Positions 24,601 to 36,600 of a stretch of DNA of 64,000 bases are shown here, one piece after another (the stretch's first letter is position 1; each line of letters starts with the position of its first letter). The notes under the pieces are model-generated. The model was given only the letters and a program-made list of their open reading frames with translations, did no database searches and was not told the origin of the DNA. The position numbers were made by a program, and so were the translations under genes. The DNA comes from Botryllus schlosseri. Its lineage: Eukaryota. The stretch is from NCBI GenBank assembly GCA_051294905.1, contig CM119373.1, positions 9,486,001-9,550,000 of the forward strand. The letters run 5' to 3'.

Positions 24601-27600
24601 TGGCTCGCGAACATTTGCTAAAAGTGAACTAAATTATCCTGAGTCGAGCATGATACACATTGGCAACAACTGAGCTTCAGAAGAAAAAAAAAAAAATAAA
24701 TTATCCTGCTGTTGAAAAAGAAGCAGCCGCAATCATGCATGCTATATGAAAGTGGAGGTACCTTTTACATGGTCGGAAATTCCGATTGATAACTGACCAA
24801 AAAGCCCTGTCGTTCATTTTTCAGAAAAAGCATCGCAGTAAAATAAAAAACACTAAATTGACACTGTGGAAGCTGGAACTTAGTGTTTTCGACTACGAGA
24901 TTGTTCACAGACCAGGAGTAGAAAATATTGCGCCTGACACTATCTCTCGGATTTGCAGTCTAACGGCTTTGTCCACAGATTTACGCGAACTTCACAACAT
25001 TTTAGGATATCCGGGCATCCGTAGGTTGAGTCATTCTGTTAAATCTAAAAACCTACCCTATTCAATGGAAGACGTCAAAAAGATTTGTGGTAGCTGTAGA
25101 CAATGCTCCGAATTGAAGCCTAGATTTTTCAACAACAACGAGCATCATAAACTTGTCAGAGCCACTCGCCCATGGGAGCGCATCAGCATGGACTTCAAAG
25201 GCCCCGTGGCTGGGAGAAACAGGTTTTTATTGATTGTTGTGGATGAATACAGTCGGTTTCCTTTCGTGTTTCCATGTCGTGATATGTCTACTCCAACCGT
25301 GATGCGCAACTTGAAGACGCTGTTTTCGCTCGTAGGAGTTCCCGAATATATCCATAGCGATAGAGGAAGTTCTTTTATCTCCAGAGATTTGATCACGTTT
25401 TTAACCAAACGTGGTGTCGCTACTAGCAGGTCTACTCCGTATCATCCTACTGGTAATTCTCAGTGTGAACGCATTAACCAAACGATTTGGAGAACAATCA
25501 AATTGATTCTTGCTACGGAGCGGCTGCCGGAATCTGCGTGGGAAATGGTGTTGAATGATGCGCTACATAGCGTGCGATCGCTGCTTTGTACAGCTACTAA
25601 CGCAACACCACATGAACGATTTTTTGGTTTTCCTAGACGCTCGATGATTGGACCCTCGATTCCTGATTGGCTACTTTTCGCCGACTCTGTGCTGTTGCGA
25701 CGTTTCCATCGATCTTCGAAGTCTGAACCGCTTTGCGACCCGGTCGAGCTGCTTGATGTGAATCCTAAGTACGCGTTAATACGCCACGAAGATGGAAGAG
25801 AGTTCACCGTGTCCGTGAGAGACTTGGCTCCGAACCCTACCACCGTCGATGTGGAGGGACCGGAAGCGAGAGCCGATACGTCAAGGACTGAAATGATTCC
25901 GACGTCGAATGATCGTGCCGACGCGTCGGATGATAAAGAGCCCGAGAATGAGACGTCGTTATTAAACGACAATTCGTCGGATACGCCAATGCCGCGTCGA
26001 TCTAATAGGGTTAGAAAGTGTCCGGAATGGTACGGCGACCGCGTAAAGTGATTTTGATGTGATAATGTGCCAATTTTGTGTTCAATTTTATTTGGTGGGG
26101 GAGATTGTGGTGATTCGTATAGTCTTTTGTATTCAAGCCATCGTGCATCATGTAATCATTGCTTTTTTAATCATTAGTTTCCAATTCCTCTGTTACTTAA
26201 ATCGCTACTGTTACTGTTACTGTTGTATTTGACGCCGAGATTTAAGTTAGTAAAAGCCAACGAAACAAGAGTCTTCTGTTTACTGGTACGACAGTCTCAT
26301 ATCAGATTCAATAGACTCCACCATCCCCATATATTTATACACACAATGTGTTATTGAAGGCATTCACTTTTACTAGGAAATGTTAGTGCATTTCAGGAAG
26401 AATACAGCCTATAAATAATATCGTCACAGCCTCACAGTCTTATTACGAAATAAGAGGTGGTATCTATTGTGTTTTTGTGAGCCCATCTAAATCTATTGAA
26501 GGGATGGTGAACTTATCCAGTCGAATGTTAGGTGAATTCAATATCGGCAGACTTAATGTCTGTAGACTATTCGATCCAAGCGCAAGGTCACAGTACGATT
26601 CCTGAAGCGCCGAGTCGAGTCAAGTCATTTTCGCAAAGTGACTCGAGTCAAGTCAAGTCATACGAAAAAGTTGGCCCAAGTCATCCCAACACTGGTAGTC
26701 CATGAACTGGAGCTCCATAAATATCAAATATATAAGTGTAATATATTAATCGGATCGGCTAAGAAGTAGACACTGACTGGCGGTTGATTTCTGCTACATG
26801 TGACGATGTAGGCGTTGTATTATTTATCTCAATATGTTCAATTGTTAATTCATGCATGTCGATCACTTTATTCAGTGGTTTCGGATTGCAAGAATACGAT
26901 GCTTGACCTCGTATTTCTAATCGACGGAAGTGCTTCCATCGAGGAAAAGGAGTTCCAGCAAGTCTTGCAGTGGATCCTGCAATTGGTGGATGAGCTACAG
27001 CCTGCGCTAGCGGGGGCAGAGACGAAACCACGGATTGTGATAGTGCAATATTCCAGCAACGTTCGAATTGAACTGGAACAAACGATACAAGAGTCCTCTG
27101 AAGAAATAAAGCTATCCGTGGACGCTATTAAACAACTTGACTTCGGAGAACATGCATATCGCGCGCTGAGATTCATCAACAGTGAAGTAGTCACCAGGAC
27201 TAGGCCAGGTTCCGACAAGATCCTGATCACAGTTACTGACGGACTATCAACCGTTAACTACGACGCAGACGCCGTCAATCGCACCAGAAGTAATTTTGAG
27301 ATCATGCTTGCGATCGGCGTGGGGAATCAAGTTGATGACTATCAGCTTCAGGATCTTTCTCATAATACCGAACCTATCCTGATCAATTCTTTTGATTCTC
27401 TCACCAATATCACGGAATTGGTGGCGGAAAGGGCTTGTTCTTCAGTATCCGAAGGTAATTATCGATCTCTTGTACATGTGGTGGTGGCCTACTTGAACTG
27501 ATATATGTTTACAGNNNNNNNNNNNNNNNNNNNNNNNNNNNNNNNNNNNNNNNNNNNNNNNNNNNNNNNNNNNNNNNNNNNNNNNNNNNNNNNNNNNNNN

Positions 27601-30600
27601 NNNNNNNNNNNNNNNNNNNNNNNNNNNNNNNNNNNNNNNNNNNNNNNNNNNNNNNNNNTTAACCGGCTAAGAGTATGAGCACAATTTGCTGCGCTTGTTT
27701 TTGATACGACAGTATTTTTTTAAACTGGAGCTCACACGAACCGCAGGGGTTTGCCGAGTCAGTTATAGAGGTGAAATGGAGGTCAGCACATATATAACCG
27801 GCATTAGGAATCGTGCGAGCCACTGAAAGGGTCTGGTTCGTGTGAACACGAACCTTTTTGAAATGTTCTGTGACTTATTTTGTGTTGATTTAAATTTACA
27901 TAATAATGTTGGGTCGCCCGCGAGCTTTGTATATTTTAAAAACGTCTGTTTTACTTTTTGCAAAAACATGGTTATGTCGTGTCAGATCGAAATATGTCGT
28001 GCGCGTCAAATCATTTGGCCTGCCATGAAATATGATCTCTCGTGCCACAAATGGCAAGCGTGCCCAGGGTTGCCTACCGCTGTTGTACACGATACCTGAC
28101 GACGACTCAGGTCACAATGCCACAATGCTGAAGTACATGCTTACTTTTTAAACTTCACCAAATGTATAAGTGGAACATTGGAACAATGAAATGTAATTTT
28201 AATGACAGTAAAATCGATATCTTGCGTCGCTTTGCCAACAATTTCCACGAGGACTTACAAGGGAAAATAAATTTATGCCTTAATGGTCTAGACCAGTGCT
28301 CTTCAACCTTCATTCGTCGTGGTACAGTATCATTTTAACGTTTACTCAAATCTCGTACACCCTTGACACAGATTCCGTAGTAAGCCTAATTCATGGGGGT
28401 TCAACATTTTTTGCAATTCACGCCCATATTTCGATTACACATATAGCGTAGGGCCGCATCTTAGCGGAGAGTCATCATGAGCCATCATAGTGTACACTTG
28501 AAAATTAGATACTGGGAATTTGGCACCGCAGAGAGCCCGTGTGGTGTTCCGTGTCATCACTGATTTCTTGAGATATACCTTGCGTATTAAAGTTTCTAAG
28601 TGCAGAAGCTGAACACCCCCGCAGGCTTACTGCACCAAAATCACGAGTATAAATGTTAGGAGAAGACGAAAAGTAATTGGGACTCGTTTTTCAGTCGTGC
28701 AGAGCGCGAAAAAATTTTCATCCTCGTGAAAGAATTTCTTCGATAATGTTGGTAGTTTCACATATTACTGCCCAATATTTATCCATTTTCAGCCTACGCT
28801 ATCAGATTAACCGGCAGAGCTTATGCATGTCTTTGAAAACATTGGGCACAAAATTAGTGATGATGCGAATCCGGTTTTTATGAACCACTTTGCTGCATGA
28901 TGTTATTTCTTGACCTCTCATCAGGTTTGTCGGTATAGTCAAAATTTATTGTAATCACCCAAACGTACCACAAAAACCTTCATTCGTGAGACGACACGAC
29001 TCCAACTTGGTATTACTTTATTGTGGGCATTATTTTCCTCTGCGGTTCGCATTCGTACGGTGCATTCAGATTTCAAGGACACTAGTATATTAAAAACGAA
29101 AAATCCAAGTCATCATGAATCGCGATGAGCGTGAAGAATATTTTGGAGTTGAATTAATATCTCTCAAAAATATGCGCCAAGCACTTCATTAATTCAAATT
29201 GCATATTTACGGCCAACATTATTTGATTAGGTGTACACGGTCGCATAATTATTGTTTTACGACTGCATGCTGCCGTATGGCCGCATGCTGTCTACCCCTG
29301 GCCTAATCGACATAAAGATGAGCAAGGCTGCAACGTATAGGAAATGCTAAAAACTAATCAGGGCGCGGGGTTACGTGATCACGATCTACAACAGTGACTC
29401 TCATGTCGACCCCTGAGACTCTCTGGCTGCGCATTTGCAATTATGTACGCTGCGCTATTTACATGCATCTCGCAAGAGGTACTTATTCAAAATTGCTGAG
29501 CTATCGCAGCGGCTTCCTCAAGAATCATTATTAGGCAGATATCGAAAGCCGAGCAAATGTTCAATGTTAAACAAAATTTTGTGCGGCCCGTCAAAGAATC
29601 GAGAAGCGTTATAAAAATATTGGGATAATTAGTAGTAAAATTCGAATTAATGCCACGACTTGAGTAAAATTTTTATTTCTATATTTCGTCATGATATTGG
29701 TTATAAGGGTGGTAAGGTGGAAAAAAAGTCAGCAGGATTTATAAAATGTTCGAGACCATAGGCTAGTAAATAATAAGTAATAAGGGCCGCTCCCCACATA
29801 TGATCGGTTAGAGTTGACTTTATCAGATTACAGGTCTATTATGGCATTCATTAATTGTCTCTGTACGGTCGCGGAATTTCAAAAAAAGGATATTTGGGTG
29901 TCCTAAGAAGACATTATTGATTTCTTGAAAAAGGAGGATGGTACCATATGGTAACCCTAAGCAACATATTGTATTAGATTGTTGATCGAAGAAAATTCAT
30001 TATTCACTCAAAATATGGTCCTTGACCCAAGGCAAACCAGGCTCCCTTTTTGTGTTACACTTTGATTTAATATTATGGGATGCTCAATTCATCGATAATT
30101 CAGATGCAGATGTATATGAAACGTGTTTTTGCTTTGTGTTAAAGGTATGAGTTATTTGTATGGACTAAAATCTGCAGTAAGAGACTATTGTTTCGTTACG
30201 TTACTATACCAAATTGATGCGATATTGCTACTATTGCTACTCGCGAAATGCCTTATGTTTTGATACAGCATCACCATGTAGCAGTAGTCCTTGCCGAAAT
30301 GATGGCAGATGCATCGTCATCGAACAAAATACAGACTACTCATGCGAATGTCCCACTGGCTACGGGTGAGACCCTCTATAATGATTTTCCATTTCATTTA
30401 GATAGTATGTGTTTTCTGCGATTTATTCTGACGATTTTAATTTTCTCACAATTTGTTTTGTTTTGAATAAAATATACATGACGTGAAATCAATTCTGTCA
30501 AGCGCAAAACTCTAGGAATATTTTTATCAATAACTTCTCAACTCATTTAGTGATAAAGACTGCAGCAAGGTCGTTTTCCGACTGCTCAAAGAAATCGATC

Positions 30601-33600
30601 CCAATACCGAAGCCATCCACTTGAAATGCGTCTTTCCAGAAGCTATCAAAAGTCAGGTTACGTGGCGTCATAACAAATTAGAAGTGGACCGGGTATGTTA
30701 TCACCTAATCGTGTAATATTTGCGAAATGCTACGATCGCAACTGAAAAGCTACACATTTCAATGAATTGCAGACTACTAATTCAATCGCCTACGATCAGT
30801 ACGAAAGAAATTGTGTCATGTTAAAGTTAATAGTATTATATTTCAGTATGTTAACTGATGTGTCAATTAGAGCGGTGGTTTAATGCGGTGCTTTGTGAGG
30901 TAGCATTGCAAGCTTTACGCCAGACACTTCCGGCAATGCGTAGTATTTTGAACGTCAAGTCACAAATTTTAGGAGTTGTTGAGTTAGCACTGATTTATCA
31001 AGAATATTTGTTCAAAAACGGCGATTATGAGGTTAACTCACTAGCACTTCACAGTTCTAATTATTGAGAGTAACGATCTGGTAGGCTAAGAGACAGGGAA
31101 CCGAGATAATTCAGAATCCTATGAGATTCCCAAGTAGGCCTACATTGAACAATGGAAGATCATATCGGGAAATTATAGATATACGTCGTTCAGTTTGGAT
31201 TCACCTCGGTAACTGCACTTCAAACTTATTTGGTCAGGAGCAATGATCCTTCTAATTTTTTACTAGTCTGCTCGCACTCACCAACTCCCTGCGCGATCCC
31301 TTGGACAATAGTGCGTAACGACTAAAAAAAGGTCATCACTTCGGCTTTCTTGTGCGCGGCACACGTTTTCCTGTGCGCGGCGACTTTGAAAGCATAGTGC
31401 GCGGCCGCGGGAACAGTGTTCAGGAGTACTGTGTGCCTAATAGGACATGGCCTATGCGTATAAGGCCACTAGTTTAAAAGTAGAACGTTAAAAGAAAGAA
31501 ATAGATTTTGTGCAGTGATCAAATTGAACTGCATGTTGCGGTGATTCGTTGCGGTGATTCGTTCAGGTGTATTCGCCTGGAAGGCGGTTATCTATGCCAA
31601 AGTATCGAGCTGGGACATAGAACTGTTTGGTGGTGTTGTGAACGTGGCCCTTGCTTTATCCCATAAGTCATCGACCTAGATCTCGTGACATTATCCATGT
31701 CGATAATGACATCTCCGAATTTGAGACGGCTATTGTCGGGTCTCCATCCGACACTGCATATTGGTCTAAAACACATCCGTTAAGACTGAAAGTTGATTTC
31801 AATTGAACACATCGAGGGAAATTGGGCTGCTGTTTGTCTATCTATTCATTTCTGGAGTAGGCCAATTGAGTCTATATGTGACCGTAGGTTAAGTACATAG
31901 CGACCGATAAAAAATAATGATATTTAGTATTTGTCTACAACAGTGGTTCTCAACCGGGGGTCCGCGAAGCATATTCAGGGGGTCCGCGAGGCCTCTAAAT
32001 TTGCAACATGATGTAGGCCTATTACCTAATTTTCTAGGCTAGGTAGATAATAGGGCAGTTTGCCTCCATAACTGCTAAAACTTCAGGACTTGCATAAACA
32101 GAATAGCCGTCTTAGATGAAATATCCCATACCAGTGGTTCTTAACCGGGGGTGCGCGAGCCCTCTAATGTTGCAAAATGACTGGTTACCAATTTGGAACT
32201 TTTTTTAAAATTTGGGAAATCACGAGGCAGTTTCGCTTCAAAATTGCTAAAGCTTCATGGCTCTCATCAATGCAATGGCCGTATGAGATGAAATATCCTA
32301 CCATGTAAACTAACTTTCTTTGCCAATAGCATACTAATACAAACATATTGCGGTTTAGAGATGCTTTGTTGAGGTTTGATGAACATTGTGTTTTGCAAAA
32401 ACGGGGATTAAACCCACGTCACGGAATCCATTTTTTCCTGTGATATACATGTAGCATCCTTGCTCTGTAATACTGTCCCAAACATCAGTGGTATTATCGT
32501 TGCGTCGTGCTTTCACTTGCTTTTTTGTAACCAGCCGCTTCGGCGGTCGGATACTTGATCATGTCTCTGCAACAGTTGCGAAATCGTGAGTGAACCACTG
32601 TATTCCATAATATCTTGAAAATGAGCTGATAGACAGAAACGACTAGTCTGAACGTGATAACTTCATTGGAATCTGTTTTTCAATTTTGGTAGCAAATACG
32701 TTTTGATCACACGCAAAAGTGTCGTCGGAAACGACAGGTGGTAATGTTACATTCGCCGCCACCTATACCATTTTAGAAGTGGATTTTCCGCACTCATTCA
32801 TATCAAATTGAAATGCGTGAATTTTCTAGACACTACCACACAATTTAAGAAATGTAACTGCAGAATTCGCTTCAAATATATAAAAGTCCGGTCATTTTAT
32901 TGCTGTTTATCACATGCCTATAGTTGATATTTGCACAAGACAGATGCCGATCGCACGATAATTGAGCTAAATTTGAACTAAAACTTGAGGGGGTCCGCGG
33001 GGGTCCGTGACGGTTCAAAAAGGGTCCGCGAAGAAAAAAGGTCGAGAACCACTGGTCTACAATATTGCTGTTGGTAAATTGTACAGTAGGTAGATATCAT
33101 ATAAGGTTAAAGGACAATTTCAGATGAAATTGATGCCATTTTGAAATATCGACTGGCATATTCCAAAACTACAATACTATTATCATGATTCCCGGAGTCT
33201 GTAATATATCGAGAGCAGATCCTCTACCCGACTGGGAGTCTATGACGAAAGGTTTATGATATCCGATTTCAGACTGAACATTGGGTTAAGTTTGAAGATG
33301 GTGAACGCCAATTGACAATTGAAAGACCTCGCTTCACAAACTCGGGCGAATTCTCTTGCCAGATTACAGATGAAGGAGTCGAGAGACACGCCACGCTACT
33401 TGTAAAGATAGATGCAACAGCAGAATCAGGTAAGCATATAAAATTTTACCCACGCAATATTGTTCGTCAGTGATGTAATTAAAATGAGGTGGCCTACACA
33501 ACCACGATATAGAAATTTTACCTGCATTTAGCAGGAAAAGCTTTGTGTAACGAAATAAGTATTAGCCCAAATTTACCATTGTATGTTATAGTTTCTTCAC

Positions 33601-36600
33601 TCCAAAACTTTCCATCTTGTATATGGAAAGTGATGTAGCCTACCACAGTGGATCTCCACCTTTTCGGCTTCCGTGTTGGTGAAATTTTGAAAAGAATGTT
33701 GCTGGTCGACGAACCCTCTAAAATCGTAATCAACCGACATCCAATTAGAACAAGAGTATGCAACTCCTAAGCAAATAATGAAAACTTAGACTTATAGACA
33801 TTTCAATGGGTATTTTGCATTTTGCAACGGGGATGTAAATTGTATTGTATTGGCAAGAAACTGAGGCAGCTGAGAATCACTGATGTAGCATTTATACTGT
33901 TAAAATCCGTTTTTAACACTACGTGCAGCGAAATTAGATTTTCTGAAAGTCCGCGACGATGACCGAAATGGTAATCTGGTCCCTGATAGAATACCAGAGG
34001 GTATAATCCCATTGAGAAGAAGTGTAATATCCTAATTCTGGTCCGTTTTGCTGCAGTCATAATGTCTGCTGACAGTGATGAACGCATTCATAAATAAGGT
34101 TGCGAAAATCCAGCGGAAATGTTTCTCACTGTATTAAAATATGAAAAACAAGTGGTTGCCTGAAGAGAGAGCACAATTTATTGCATTGACGGCCCCAAAC
34201 CGGGACAAATGGATAAGGATGCGGACGGAAGGATATCCCACGGCAAAGCTATAATGCTGGTCGGTATACATACACCTGCCTCAGTGACGTGGGGTGCAAT
34301 GAGGCAGGTGAGGCAGTGCCTCACCTGTCAGCAGCGTGAGTAAGTGAAAATTGTGAATACTCTCGATTGGTCGATGATATTATTGATATTTTACATCGAT
34401 GTTCATAAATAACTAAATTTGAACGTTTTTTCACCCAACATCACCAATTTGCATAATTAATATACAAAAATACAGCGCGAAAAGAGAAGTGAAGCACAGG
34501 TGAGGCAGGGGTAGGTCGTGCATCATCTGCGACAATGCAATTCATCATATAGATAGCTCGGAATTCATAATAACTGGTATCAATCAAATGCTTTGGTCAC
34601 ACTGATTCCGAAAATCCAAATATTAACAGTGTCAGAGGACCAGAACCCCTGTAAAATCGCCAATGAAGGTGACGTTCGGCTTTATGGCAGACAATGCCAT
34701 CGCAGAGATACGATAGCCAGGTGCGGCACACACGAATCTGCCTCATGCATGCTACTATTCGCTAACAATTTGAGAATCGCAGAACAGTGAAACGCGCTTT
34801 CGATTTCGTAATCCAACAGCCTTGTAGGAATTATATAGTAGCGACGGCCAATGCGTAATGCGGAGCAAATATATTCTCTTACTTATGTAGCTGTTATGTA
34901 TTTTCCATCCTTAGCTACGTTAAATTGAGGTATGTGATAGCTACTTGCAAAGGGTGCATTGTCGTTGTTTGTGGCCTTTATGCTGTGTTCGACTGCAATA
35001 CCTATTATAACCCCTAATTTTAGTATGTGATAGCTATACTTATGTTATGTTTTTGATCTTGTTTGAACAATAACTCAATACGACGAGGTTGCAATATGAA
35101 ATCCGTATATTATACAGCAGAATAACTTAAGACAGGCGACACGATCCAGAGTGCAGTTAAAAGAAAGACCACGAGACAACAGAACACAGGGTATAAATAC
35201 GAAACGATTGGCGGTAATTACTAATCCCAGACAAATAAGAGACAAACGATACCAACGTAAAATGCACGAACATAACAACTTATACATAGCCTGCGTTGTC
35301 GTTGTTTGTTGTCAGTGGTGCCACTCCTAGTGTTTTTACACTAGATCTATTAGTGTATTTTGACTTGACCGAGCGTCCTAGTGTATTATTTTCTTCCGAA
35401 ATTCGGCAAATCTAGTGTCTTATGTTACTGAAAAAATATTTGTACATGAGGATGCCATTTTATTGTGCTTCGAATAATTTATACCGTTACTTGAAGAGAT
35501 AGTAATTATTATCCGTCTCGACTTGCCCATTTAGCACAATAGCGACCAGTCCTACATACATATATTGTAGAATGTGGAATTGCAACGGCTATCAGCGTGC
35601 AAAAAAAGCTCTCTATACCCGTTGCTGTTATTCACATGTTGGATCTCTTTATCAGGTACGTTACGTGCGTGCGTGTTTGTTTGTTTGTTTGTGTGTGTGT
35701 GTGTGTGTGGGGGGGGTCCGTGCCTCACCAGCCATGAACCTCACCGCACGTCACTGACCTGCGTATAGGTATACCAACCCATACACCTACAAAACAAAGT
35801 ATAATGATCAAGGAACAAGTACTTTAGCATGAATAATAAATTAGTGAAGTATCGGCTTAACGTAAGAGGCATCAAGTGGATTGAGCAGGCACAACTTGAA
35901 CTATGACTTCAAGTAAAGCACTCAGTGACATGGCAATTTTGGTTTATTGTGATAATAATTTAGGTATCTTTTTTTACAGCTTGTGGAGAGAGTCCTGGTT
36001 TGAGCAAACGCATGATAAATGCAAAAATAAAAGATGGTCAAATTACAAAACTAGGAGAGGCTCCTTTTGTTGCCATGTTGCACAAGGTTCGTATAGATTA
36101 CTCTGTGCGCTGTTAATTTCGAAATCAATGCTTTCGGGCCGATGTATGTGTGACGCAAGATAGACCTATTACTGTTCAACTGCGCATATCAAGTATGTGT
36201 TTCGAGCAGGACACGAAGGTCTGAGCATTAGAACAAAGTCCGAAAGTAAACGGTAATCTGTGAAAACGCTATTCTCTAAAATATTTCAAAAGTAAAGAGA
36301 CTGTCTCGGCTTGAAAATCAATTGGATTAGAATGGTAGGCGGGCTAAACTGAAATTCTTGTGTAAGTAATGGACAAGTGTAAGAATCTCATTTGTGTTCT
36401 CGCAGTATGCAAAGATACTCTTGAACTGATCTGGAGATTGAAGTCGCATGGTAGAATAAGCAGTGTCTGTAGAATGTAGGTAGGTAGCAGTGTTGGGATC
36501 AAGTCATACCTTCGAGTCATTGCAGATTTTGACTGGAGTCAAGTCAAGTCACTCGTTTTTTGGAGGTGACTCGAGTCAAGTCGTGATAAGTCAAGTCAAG

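Larger units (their letters stand above)
19492..26293 (+). mobile_element. Ty3/Gypsy LTR retrotransposon, full length (6802 bp including nested insertions), disrupted
   Basis: 188-bp TG...CA LTRs; PPT; gag-PR-RT-RH-IN order; 5-bp TSD GTTTC/GTCTC (1 mismatch). Confidence 0.96.

Noticed and set aside
25460-25972. 170-aa antisense ORF
   Set aside because: Shadow of the integrase frame; low-complexity, no independent evidence.
33532-34260. Alternative activation exons (KALCNEISISPNLP + ESTIYC...DGR|ISHG)
   Set aside because: Weak acceptor, no following P-[WF] motif, and exon 35980-36086 already supplies Cys1, the activation site and PF with correct phases.
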